64,000 bases of DNA from Synechococcus sp. (lineage in GTDB: Bacteria; Cyanobacteriota; Cyanobacteriia; Thermostichales; PCC-7336). Under the pieces are notes generated by a model. That model was not told the DNA's origin, did not search any database, and worked only from the letters and a program-made list of their open reading frames with translations. This document shows, piece after piece, positions 10,079 through 19,502 of this stretch (within the stretch, counting starts at the first letter, position 1; every line of letters begins with the position of its first letter). The translations under genes and the position numbers were made by a program. The stretch is from assembly GCA_051439605.1 (NCBI GenBank), contig JBFRWN010000081.1:1-64000 (forward strand), in the 5' to 3' direction.

Positions 10079-10951
10079 TTATGACGGTTCATCGGATGAT
10101 TGCGGTGGTGGGGTAATTAAACTGCCGGAGGGCATTGCCTGCTGTTGCGTTGGGGAACCGGAGTCAGGCTGTTGTGTTGCTGGTGGTGTTTGGGGCGTGG
10201 GGGCGGACTTGCTGGCTACTGGGGATTTTGGTCGCAAGCGGCGATCAATCAGGTAGTTCAGTTGGCTGATGGTCTCCATTTCCAAGGCTCGATCGCCAAT
10301 CCACACCCGCAACTGAAAATGCAAGCGGCGATCGCGCCAGCCAAAAAACATCACCGTCGGTGGGGGTTCTTGGGCGATATGGGAAATGTGACGAGCGCAG
10401 TCCAGCAGGATTTCTTTCACTTGACTCGGCTCGCGGCTATCTGACACCTCAATGGGGAGATCGATGCGGCTGTTCTGTTCCCCCAAGTTCCAGTGGTGCA
10501 GGGGATGCTCCAGTAAGTACCGATTGGGAACGGCTACCGCACAGCCCTCTAGCGTGCGAATTACGGTTTTGCGTAAAGATAGGGATCGCACGTGACCCTG
10601 GATGCGATCGCATTCCACAAAGTCCCCAACTTCAATCTCTTTTCCCAGCTTGAGCACGAGAAAGGCTACCCAGTCATGCAGCACTGGCAGGAGTATGAGG
10701 ACAAGGGCGATTGCCCCTAGCCACAATCCACCGAGGCCCACACCGGCCGACCCTCCCCTGAAGAATCCGCCAATAAAGCTCCCCAGAACGATTGCCACTG
10801 CCATTGCCATGAAGATGAAATCGGACAGTTTTGCTAAGGCTGCCCGCTGTTCTTGCGATCGATGGCGCAGAAACCCTGCCCCCCGTATCACCTGATAGTG
10901 GGTCCACAGGGCAGCAATGAGTAGAAGTATGAGTACCAGTAATGTGGCCAC
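10079..10951 (-). CDS. Small-conductance mechanosensitive channel (MscS family)
   Basis: TM helices, then IEVGDFVE...G.V..LSLRKT.IRT..G..V.VPN; Pro/Gln-rich tail. Confidence 0.85.
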   Translation of the reverse strand: MATLLVLILLLIAALWTHYQVIRGAGFLRHRSQEQRAALAKLSDFIFMAMAVAIVLGSFIGGFFRGGSAGVGLGGLWLGAIALVLILLPVLHDWVAFLVLKLGKEIEVGDFVECDRIQGHVRSLSLRKTVIRTLEGCAVAVPNRYLLEHPLHHWNLGEQNSRIDLPIEVSDSREPSQVKEILLDCARHISHIAQEPPPTVMFFGWRDRRLHFQLRVWIGDRALEMETISQLNYLIDRRLRPKSPVASKSAPTPQTPPATQQPDSGSPTQQQAMPSGSLITPPPQSSDEPS

Positions 10952-11286
10952 AGGTCTGAGAAAGTCTTTGAACTGATGCTAGGGAAATAGAGGGTTGAGA
11001 TGAAGCGATCGGTCCATCTGGCTTACCCCACACCTTCAGCGCAACTATAACCTCGGGGATTTTTTCCTGCCTGCAACTAAGTCTGTTGTAGGGGCTAGAG
11101 GACAGATTCAGAAATGTGTGCCACACTCATGGCTTTCTCATGTTTGAGACTCAGAATATAAGCGCTACGCGTCAAAATCCTGGCTTGGGTACGAATGCTG
11201 ACGGTTGCTTATATGTGTTTGTATCTGGCTGAACTCTAGTAGGTACTCAATTTGACTTGGACTTCCTTTCCGAGAGATTCGACATC

Positions 11287-11703
11287 ATGGATACCAAACT
11301 CGCAAACAGACTCCCCACTGTCCTCTTTCTCTTGAGATTGAGTGTTTTCGCAGTCTTTCTTGTATGGGTCCTTGATAAGTTTCTCAACCCGGCCCATACA
11401 GCTGCTGTATTTGCTAATTTCTACTTTATTGGCAATCTCAGTGCGACTGTTTCCTACGTTCTGGGGGTGATTCAATTGGTGATTTTGGTTGCGTTCTTGC
11501 TAGGGTTCCGCAAGACGTGGAGCTACGCTCTAGTGATGGTGATGCATGGGGTTTCGACTTTTTCGTCCTACAAACAATTTTTGAATCCGTACGATGGAGC
11601 TAATATTTTGTTTTATGCTGCGTGGCCAATGTTGGCAGCTTGCGTAACCCTCTTCATGCTGAGAGATTACGATAATCGTTGGGTTATCGATCGCCAGCCC
11701 TAG
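11287..11703 (+). CDS. DoxX-like membrane protein
   Basis: LLRLSVFAVFLVWVLDKF.NP.H, MHGVSTFSS, LFYAAWPML. Confidence 0.75.
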   Translation: MDTKLANRLPTVLFLLRLSVFAVFLVWVLDKFLNPAHTAAVFANFYFIGNLSATVSYVLGVIQLVILVAFLLGFRKTWSYALVMVMHGVSTFSSYKQFLNPYDGANILFYAAWPMLAACVTLFMLRDYDNRWVIDRQP

Positions 11704-11758
11704 TTTTGCTGATGCTTTCGAGCGATTTGTTCAAATATGGTGGTTTAATCGCCGCTAA

Positions 11759-11904
11759 TTTCAATCTCTGACAGGTCTGATTCCTCGTCCACTTGCGGCG
11801 CATCGAGTTACAGCTTTCGAAGAGAGCTATTCAACGGAGTCGAGCCGCGAAGCGTGTGAGCGGAGTGAAGTGATACCTCGCCCCTTGGGGCGGGGATGTT
11901 CATT
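11759..11904 (-). mobile_element. Putative non-autonomous IS200/IS605-type miniature element (PATE/MITE-like)
   Basis: Two related GC-rich subterminal hairpins in direct orientation (ATTCCTCGTCCACTTGCGGCG and ATACCTCGCCCCTTGGGGCGGGGATG); no TIR, TSD or transposase. Confidence 0.55.
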
Positions 11905-12021
11905 AGCCGATCGCACTCGATCGTCAGCTGTCCTTAACGGCTGGAGGTAACGTCGCATTACGTCCAGCAGGTATCTGCACAAGAGATTGGTAGAACTGAT
12001 TTGGAAGTTTGGGTGCAAAGT

Positions 12022-12420
12022 ATGGATAGAATCGTGGCTGCTTTATTCGAACAGTACGCTGCTGGAAACCGGGTGTTTCCCAACATCAATCTGCGGGGGG
12101 CAGACCTCAGCGAGGCTATGCTAGGCGGCATTGACCTGACTGGAGCAGTCCTGAAAGGGTCGGAATTGATGGGGGCAGATTTGAGTCAAGCCTGCTTGAA
12201 ACAGGCTAATTTGCGGGGGGCCGATCTCAGTGGAGCTCTATTAAATGACTGCAATCTCAGCGATGCCGATTTACGCGGAAGCGAGCTAATGGGTGCGGAT
12301 TTGCGTGGAGCCGATCTGAGCGGGGCTCAGCTGCAAGCTGCAGACTACGATCGCTACACCCGCTTCGATCGCACCGTTGACCCCAAAAGTCTGGGGTTAA
12401 TTGAAGTGTTGCCTGCCTAA
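12022..12420 (+). CDS. Pentapeptide repeat protein
   Basis: YAAGNRVF followed by A(D/N)LxG repeats. Confidence 0.92.
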   Translation: MDRIVAALFEQYAAGNRVFPNINLRGADLSEAMLGGIDLTGAVLKGSELMGADLSQACLKQANLRGADLSGALLNDCNLSDADLRGSELMGADLRGADLSGAQLQAADYDRYTRFDRTVDPKSLGLIEVLPA

Positions 12421-12582
12421 AAGACTTCAGCAGCACAAGATTTGTATCTGAAAAGACGCGATCGCTTTTAAACAGTGTCTTGACCTCAATCTGGGGTAAT
12501 TGAACCGCTATACTGAGTGAACTGATGTAACAGTGCCGTTACAGTCACCTTGGTGTGCCCATCACCCCAGCGCGAGCCTTGA

Positions 12583-13107
12583 ATGAGTTTTTGGAAAAGC
12601 CTCTTTATTCCCACCACTGACAGCGACTCGGCGCTGGCAACAGACAATGGCAGCGGCACCGCTGCAGCTGAAGAAGCCCCTCGCATTACCCTCAGCAATA
12701 ACCGCGAAATCGACCTTTACGAACTAGAAGAACTCTGCGATGCAGTGGGCTGGGCTCGCCGTCCCATTCGTAAAGTTAAAAAGGCGATTGACAACAGCTT
12801 TTTAGTCGTCACCATGTGGCGAGAGCAGGGTAGCTATCGTCGTCTCATTGGCTTCGCCCGTGCTACCTCCGATTGCACCTTTAATGCCACTGTTTGGGAT
12901 GTGGTGCTGCACCCAGAATTTCACAATCGCGGCTTGGGCAAAGCCCTCATGCAGCGGGTGATTGACGATCTAAGAGCCCAGGACATTAGCAACATCACTC
13001 TGTTTGCAGATCCTGACGTGGTGGGGTTCTATCAAGGGCTAGGATTTACCCCTGACCCAGATGGTATTAAAGGGATGTTTTGGTACCCCGAAAATGAGAG
13101 GCGCTAG
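12583..13107 (+). CDS. ycf52: GNAT N-acetyltransferase, Ycf52/NSI family
   Basis: [52 protein letters not shown]. Confidence 0.88.
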   Translation: MSFWKSLFIPTTDSDSALATDNGSGTAAAEEAPRITLSNNREIDLYELEELCDAVGWARRPIRKVKKAIDNSFLVVTMWREQGSYRRLIGFARATSDCTFNATVWDVVLHPEFHNRGLGKALMQRVIDDLRAQDISNITLFADPDVVGFYQGLGFTPDPDGIKGMFWYPENERR

Positions 13108-13110
13108 GCC

Positions 13111-13905
13111 ATGACCTCCAGCCCACCCTCCACCAACTCCCCTTCACCCGACGCCCCCTTGTCCAGTTCGTCTTCCACTGAAACGAATCCAACCCGTCAG
13201 TCCCCATTGCCCACGGTGATTCTGCCGGGTTTCTTTGCAGGAGCGAAAGAATATTTGCAACTTCAGCGCGATCTGGAGGGGTCCGGATATCCCACCCGTA
13301 CGGTTCCCCTCACCGCCCGCAGTTGGCTGCCCACGGTGGGGGGACGCCCCGTTACCCCCATCCTTGAGGCCCTGCACCGCACGATCGCAGAGGTTCTGCA
13401 AAAATTTGACTGCACTCAAGTCAACCTGATCGGCCATTCTGCAGGTGGCTGGATTTCCCGAATCTATCTGGGCAGTGCCCCCTACTGCGATCGCGTTTGG
13501 GCCGGTGCCCAGAACGTAGCTACCCTAATTGCCCTTGGTACCCCCCATAACAGCCAAGAGCGCTGGACCCGCCGCAACCTGGAGTTTGTTAACACCACCT
13601 ACCCCGGTGCATTCCACTCCGACATCACGTATGTCTGTGTGGCGGGCAAATCCACCTTTGGCAATAAAGCCCCTTGGTGGCAACCACAAAACTGGAACGG
13701 CGAGCAATGGCTAGCCTACTCCAGTTACGAACTCACGGGGGGCACCGGCAGTTGCTGGGGGGATGGCATTACCCCCATCCCTTCCGCTCATCTGGAGGGA
13801 GCGATCAATCTCACTATTGAAGGGGCTTACCATTCTCCCCGCAGCGATCGCTTTTGGTACGGATCTACAGAGGCCCGACGCCATTGGATAGAATACCTGC
13901 AGTAG
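13111..13905 (+). CDS. Alpha/beta hydrolase (lipase/esterase, PGAP1-like)
   Basis: GHSAGG nucleophile elbow, LGTPH, GDGITP, H in AYHSP. Confidence 0.88.
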   Translation: MTSSPPSTNSPSPDAPLSSSSSTETNPTRQSPLPTVILPGFFAGAKEYLQLQRDLEGSGYPTRTVPLTARSWLPTVGGRPVTPILEALHRTIAEVLQKFDCTQVNLIGHSAGGWISRIYLGSAPYCDRVWAGAQNVATLIALGTPHNSQERWTRRNLEFVNTTYPGAFHSDITYVCVAGKSTFGNKAPWWQPQNWNGEQWLAYSSYELTGGTGSCWGDGITPIPSAHLEGAINLTIEGAYHSPRSDRFWYGSTEARRHWIEYLQ

Positions 13906-13979
13906 TTTGACCTGCAGCTCTGCCGAAATACAGCCTGCAGCAGATCGGCTACCAGCTCTTTTCAATTTCGGCCTAACGT

Positions 13980-16298
13980 GTGACTTCAGCGGTATATTCC
14001 AACGCGAGCGAACTCTTTCCGTTCGAACTGGATGATTTTCAGAAAGAGGCGATTGCCGCCCTAGACGATAACCGATCGGTGGTGGTTTGCGCCCCCACTG
14101 GCTCCGGTAAAACGCTGGTGGGGGAATATGCCATTTATCGAGCCCTATCGATGGGGCGGCGGGTGTTTTACACCACGCCCCTCAAGGCTCTTTCCAACCA
14201 GAAATATCGCGATTTTGGCGAGCAATTTGGCGTCACCAACGTTGGCCTCCTCACCGGAGATATTTCGATTAACCGCGATGCTCCTGTGGTGGTAATGACC
14301 ACCGAGATTTTCCGCAACATGCTGTACGGCACGGCGATCGGTGAGGTGGGGGTTTCTATGGAAGCGGTGCAAACGGTGGTGCTGGACGAATGCCACTACA
14401 TGAACGACCAACAGCGGGGCACCGTTTGGGAAGAATCCATCATCTACTGTCCCCCTTCGATTCAGCTGGCGGCGCTTTCTGCCACAGTCGCCAATAGCGG
14501 TCAGCTCACCGATTGGCTCAACTCCGTCCACGGCCCCACAACATTAGTGGATTCGAACCATCGGCCCGTTCCCCTGCAAATGAGCTTTGCCAACAACAAG
14601 GGACTCTTTCCCCTCCTGACAGAGAAAGGGGATGGCACCTTGACCTGCAACCCTCGCCTCAAAACCCGTCGCCTCCAAAAGTTGCAAAGCCGAGACGAAC
14701 GCCCTAACGGAACTGACATCAGCACTGTGGTGGGCTACCTGCGCAGCCGCGACATGTTGCCGGGGATTTACTTTATCTTTAGCCGTCGCGGATGCGATAA
14801 CGCCGTCTCAAACATAGGGGATATAGATCTGTTGACGAACGAAGCAGAGCGTCAGAATCTGGCCCAACAGATCGATCGCTTCTGTAAAGAGTCCCCCGAA
14901 GCCGTGCGCCAAAAGCAATTGGAGCCCCTTTATCGCGGCATCGCTGCCCACCATGCCGGAATTCTGCCCGCCTGGAAAGCGTTGATCGAGTCCTTATTTC
15001 AACAGGGACTAGTTAAGCTGGTGTTTGCCACTGAAACTCTGGCAGCCGGCATCAATATGCCCGCCCGCACCACAGTCATCTCTTCGCTATCTAAACGTAC
15101 CGACTCCGGCCACCGCCTGCTCACCGCCTCAGAATTTTTGCAAATGTCTGGGCGGGCAGGTCGCCGGGGCAAAGACACCATTGGTTACGTGGTCACCGTG
15201 CAATCCCCCTTTGAAGGGGCGCGGGAAGCGGCATACTTAGCCACCTGCGATGCGGATCCGCTCGTCAGTCAGTTCACCCCCACCTACGGAATGGTGTTGA
15301 ATCTGCTGCAAACCCATTCCCTCGAACAAGCGAAAGAGCTGATCCAGCGCAGCTTTGGCCAGTATTTGCTCTCGCTGCAAATTACCCCCGCCCAAGGGGA
15401 CCTGGCGGAACTGCAGGAGAAATTGGACGCCATTCAGAATGCGCTAGAGGGCATTACCCCCGAACACCTGAAAGAGTTTCAAAAGCTGCAGGCGAAATTG
15501 CGGGAGGAACGGCGGGTTTATAAATACCTCAAAAAACACAGCGAGTCAGAGGAAGCCCCCGAACTGCTGACCCAGCAGGATCGCATTGATGCCGTGCAGG
15601 AGGAGATGCGGCAGAATCCCGTCAATCGCTTCCCTAAGCCCATCAAGTTGCTGCGCCTGCAGGAAAAGCGCGAAAAGCTCGAGCGCAGACTCAAGCAGCG
15701 ATCGCGTGACGGAGGCCGCTCCCAACAGCGCCGCTGGTTGGAATTTTTAGCGTTTGCTGATGTGCTGACCGAATTTAGCCACCTGAAAGATTACAAGCCC
15801 AATATGTTGGGGGAAATTGCGGCGGCAATTCGGGGGGATAACGAATTGTGGTTGGCCTTGGCGCTAGAATCTGGCCGTATGGACGACCTGTCCCCTCACC
15901 AGTTGGCTGGATGCATGGCAGCGCTCATCTCTGAGAAACCGCGATCGGGCACATTTGCTCGCTTTAAAACCTCCGATGATGTGGAAGACATTCTTTATGC
16001 TCTCAGGCGGGTGAGGCGGCGATTATTTAAAACTCAGCGGCAATACGATGTCTACGTGCCCGTCTGGCTTGAGCTCAAACTCTCAGGATTGGTAGAGCAA
16101 TGGGCGCTCGGCATGAGTTGGGAGGAGTTGACCGGGGGCACCAACTTGGATGAAGGGGACCTCGTACGGTTATTGCGTCGGACACTAGATGTCCTGAGTC
16201 AGCTGCCCCACGTCCCCCATCTTCCGGCGGAACTCAAGAATAATGCCCGCCGCGCGGTTAGCCTCATGGATCGCTTCCCCATTAGCGAAGCGCTTTAG
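13980..16298 (+). CDS. helY: Ski2/HelY-family DEAD/DEAH-box RNA helicase with DSHCT domain
   Basis: APTGSGKT, PLKALSNQK, DECH, SAT, ATETLAAGINMPART, QMSGRAGRRG, LDEGDLVR. Confidence 0.92.
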   Translation: MTSAVYSNASELFPFELDDFQKEAIAALDDNRSVVVCAPTGSGKTLVGEYAIYRALSMGRRVFYTTPLKALSNQKYRDFGEQFGVTNVGLLTGDISINRDAPVVVMTTEIFRNMLYGTAIGEVGVSMEAVQTVVLDECHYMNDQQRGTVWEESIIYCPPSIQLAALSATVANSGQLTDWLNSVHGPTTLVDSNHRPVPLQMSFANNKGLFPLLTEKGDGTLTCNPRLKTRRLQKLQSRDERPNGTDISTVVGYLRSRDMLPGIYFIFSRRGCDNAVSNIGDIDLLTNEAERQNLAQQIDRFCKESPEAVRQKQLEPLYRGIAAHHAGILPAWKALIESLFQQGLVKLVFATETLAAGINMPARTTVISSLSKRTDSGHRLLTASEFLQMSGRAGRRGKDTIGYVVTVQSPFEGAREAAYLATCDADPLVSQFTPTYGMVLNLLQTHSLEQAKELIQRSFGQYLLSLQITPAQGDLAELQEKLDAIQNALEGITPEHLKEFQKLQAKLREERRVYKYLKKHSESEEAPELLTQQDRIDAVQEEMRQNPVNRFPKPIKLLRLQEKREKLERRLKQRSRDGGRSQQRRWLEFLAFADVLTEFSHLKDYKPNMLGEIAAAIRGDNELWLALALESGRMDDLSPHQLAGCMAALISEKPRSGTFARFKTSDDVEDILYALRRVRRRLFKTQRQYDVYVPVWLELKLSGLVEQWALGMSWEELTGGTNLDEGDLVRLLRRTLDVLSQLPHVPHLPAELKNNARRAVSLMDRFPISEAL

Positions 16299-16748
16299 GA
16301 GATTCTTCTGGTGTTCTCATTCTGCATTGTTAAAAGTCTATGGAGGATTTGATTCTGACTTAACTACTTCTATAAAGCCGCAGGTTTGTCATGCAAAAAC
16401 TTTCCGTTCATGTTGCTAAATACGGTCACCGATGGGTGATTGACTTCAGAATTCATCTCGATTCTCGATCCGCAGCGTTTTGAATAGTCTTCAAAAAATA
16501 TTGGTAGGGCAGGCATGCTTACGGAGAAAAAATAAATAATAATATACCTCTGATGTGGCCTGGAATCGCCAAAAAATAGGGCTTTGGGGACTTTTGACAG
16601 GCAAGAGACACTATCTGTAGATAGTGCAGTTAGATGAACGTTAAGAGGTATAAATTTCTTTGACGACGATAATTAAATAAACCAGTCGATTGTGGCCGTT
16701 CTCTTTATTCGTCTCTACTATGAGTTTAGATTGGAAAGAGTACGCGAT

Positions 16749-17093
16749 ATGGAACTCTTAGAAAAGCAAGTGACCGACCTTCAGCAGCAACTCGATCTGC
16801 TTAAGCTCGCGATCGAGCGATTACCCGCCCAAGTGGCCGCAGAAATGTCTACTATGACGACTTCTTCGTCTAGGCGGTCGTATGCATCCTCCTTTGGCTA
16901 TGGTGCCGACACTGAATCGATGGAGGGGGTTCTACTAGATGAAGATATGTCTGCAGAAAGGAATGCCCGTGCTGCTGCGAATCAGGACATGCCCCCAGAA
17001 GCCCAGGTTCAGCGACTAACGGCTCAATTAACGGCTGCTTACAACCGCATCGCAGCTCTTGAAGAACAGTTACTATCTCAGCGTTTGCACTAG
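16749..17093 (+). CDS. Conserved cyanobacterial coiled-coil protein
   Basis: C-terminal QVQRLTAQLTAAYNRIAALEEQLL motif. Confidence 0.8.
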   Translation: MELLEKQVTDLQQQLDLLKLAIERLPAQVAAEMSTMTTSSSRRSYASSFGYGADTESMEGVLLDEDMSAERNARAAANQDMPPEAQVQRLTAQLTAAYNRIAALEEQLLSQRLH

Positions 17094-17218
17094 GCATTCA
17101 GAAAGAACTGAACACGTTTCCTCTAATGTTCTCATGTTAGATGGCCCCTACGGACTAATTTTTCATGACGGTTCTGACTTAAGCCCTTACCGAAAACGCT
17201 CGCCAGTAGCTGTTTATA

Positions 17219-17252
17219 AGACATTGACACAACGAAAGCTGTGTCAATGTCT
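17219..17252. terminator. Hairpin between convergent genes, probable bidirectional terminator
   Basis: AGACATTGACACA-8 nt-TGTGTCAATGTCT. Confidence 0.65.
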
Positions 17253-17280
17253 GTTTTAGTCAGATTTTCTTGCCTAACAA

Positions 17281-18894
17281 TTAGGACTCTTGACTGTTTC
17301 CATCCGCGAACAGATCGGCCAAATCGAAAGCCTCTGAATCCGCAGGGGTTTCTAAACTCTCCGTGATGTCCATGGGAACAGATGCGACAGGAGTCTCTAA
17401 CTTCTCCTCCTCCGAATCAGCTCCGAACAGTTCGGTTAGACTCGAATCATCTTGGGTGATGTCATTGACAGAAGAGCGATCAACCGATGCGAAAAAAGCA
17501 TCAACATCGCTGGACTCGTCGGCATGTTCTCCTTCAACCGCATCTAATAGCTCGTTGAGGGATGCAGAATCTGCTTCTGATGTGGCTAATGTGGTGTCTG
17601 AATTGCTCCAAAGATCTTCCAGACTAGTGTCTGCAATAGCAGTGTCTGCGGTTGCCTCTGATAAGACATCTAAAAGGCTGCTCGATTCTTCGATGATGTC
17701 AGGCTGTTGAGAGCTCTGACTTAAAGAAGTCAGTTGAGCTTTCAAATCTTCCTGCTGTTGGCCCAAATCTTGGATCTGGTTTTCTAACGCGGACTTGCTT
17801 TGGCTGAGTTCTTCAATCGCAGCCTCCAGACCTGAACGTTGACCCTCTAATTCTCCGAGTTCATTTTTTAGCTGCTCGAGTTCACCTTGATGCTGACCTA
17901 AGTCTTGGATCTGGGTTTCTAGCGCGGACTTGCTTTGGCTGAGTTCGTCAACTGCAGCCTGTAATTCTGAGCGCTGACCCTGTAAAGCACCCAGTTCACC
18001 TTGCAAGTGCTCGAGTTCTGCTTTTTGGCCCTGCAATTCAGAAATTTGACTGTATAGCTGTTCCAGCGCTGCCTGTTGCTCTTGCAGATCGGCCTGTAAA
18101 TCCGACGACTCGCCAACCTGATCTTGCAGTTGCTCAAGTTCAGCTTTTTGACTCTGCAATTCAGCAATTTGGGTTTGCAGCTGTGCCAGCTCTTCCTGTT
18201 GACCCTGCAGAGATTCTTGCTGGTTCTGGAATTCGCTAATCTGGCTTTGAAGTTGTGCCAGTTCTGCCTGTTGGGCAGTAATGCTATCCTGCAGTCCGGT
18301 TTCTGACTCTTGAAGTCCTGCGATGGTCTCCTGCTTGGTCGAGATGTCCTCTTGTAGACTTTGCTGCTCGGTTCGCAGTGTTTCGATTTGTTGCTGAATT
18401 TCTGCTAATTCGTCAGTTGAGGACTCGTCGATGAAAGCTGTCTCTTCGCCACCGTTTGCTGTAACTAGTTCTTCTCGGGAGGCTTGTAAATCGGCAATTT
18501 CCTGTTCCACTTCCTGCTTGCTGGTTTCTAGCAGTTGCAGATCGGCTTGGAGTCTATCCACCTGTGTCTGTGCTTGCTCGGCTTCCGCTTGGGCACTTGC
18601 CAATTGAGCGGCGATCGCCGCTAATTCCTCTGCCCCTTCCCCTGTAGAGTCTCTGGCTTGCCGAGCTTCATTTTGAGCAGTGTGTAATTGCTGTTCGATC
18701 TCAGCCAGTTTCTGTTCCAGTTGGCTGCGAGTGCGCTTGCTGCCTTTTTCAACGGCGGTGATGCCGATGGCTGTGGAGGCGACGGCTGCGGCGCCACCAA
18801 CGGCAGCTTTAGATGCGTCTTGGGTAGACGCAAATCCTGCAAGTGCTCCGATTCCGATTGCTGCAACGCCGGCTAGGATATATTTCTGAACCAT
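17281..18894 (-). CDS. Membrane-anchored long coiled-coil protein with internal repeats and acidic tail
   Basis: Two N-terminal hydrophobic segments, Q/E/L heptads, duplicated 45-aa unit, D/E/S-rich C-terminus. Confidence 0.8.
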   Translation of the reverse strand: MVQKYILAGVAAIGIGALAGFASTQDASKAAVGGAAAVASTAIGITAVEKGSKRTRSQLEQKLAEIEQQLHTAQNEARQARDSTGEGAEELAAIAAQLASAQAEAEQAQTQVDRLQADLQLLETSKQEVEQEIADLQASREELVTANGGEETAFIDESSTDELAEIQQQIETLRTEQQSLQEDISTKQETIAGLQESETGLQDSITAQQAELAQLQSQISEFQNQQESLQGQQEELAQLQTQIAELQSQKAELEQLQDQVGESSDLQADLQEQQAALEQLYSQISELQGQKAELEHLQGELGALQGQRSELQAAVDELSQSKSALETQIQDLGQHQGELEQLKNELGELEGQRSGLEAAIEELSQSKSALENQIQDLGQQQEDLKAQLTSLSQSSQQPDIIEESSSLLDVLSEATADTAIADTSLEDLWSNSDTTLATSEADSASLNELLDAVEGEHADESSDVDAFFASVDRSSVNDITQDDSSLTELFGADSEEEKLETPVASVPMDITESLETPADSEAFDLADLFADGNSQES

Positions 18895-19502
18895 AGTAAT
18901 AACTTGGGTGAAATGGGTTAACTGCAAACTGTAATGTGATGCAGCCGAAATCTGCGGCTAATAATCCTGCAGTTGGTAATCGGCAATTAGTGCCAAGCTT
19001 GTATGCGATAGCACCAGCTAGAAAATAAGCACGAAATTAAATTACCCATTTTTTTTCTTAAGCTATTATTCGGTGAGAAAAATCTATTTTTTCGAGCTTT
19101 TGCATTCATAGCTGTTGCCATTTTAGTGATGATAGGCCGCTCGATCGCTAGTTAGGGTTCTATGTCGCTGAAATGAACAAAGCAATTTGTAGATAGCTAT
19201 AGGCTTGCAGGCTTGCAGATGATTCATGCAGCATAAACGTCGATTGATGTGTGTACCACGGATCGAATCCCAATATGGCTAAATCCCAACATGGCTAAGA
19301 GCCCATTTGGTCTCAGTACAATAGGGCCGCATACCCTTATGAACGTGTTCCATTGCTATCGCTGATTGATTGGGTTTGAATTATTCATCAATTTGTCAGA
19401 ACCAGCATTCGAGATGCACGCCGATGTGTCCGTCCAAAATTACCTGAACGGTTGCCTCCAGAGTGGTTTGCAGAACTCTGGGCACGATGTGTTGATGCTC
19501 AT

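Noticed and set aside
11827..12018. 63-aa ORF over the miniature element
   Set aside because: Reads through the hairpins and has no HUH/Y1 transposase motif
12525..12543. TGTAAC-N6-GTTACA as an NtcA site
   Set aside because: GTA-to-TAC spacing is 10, not the required 8; may bind another factor but there is no support
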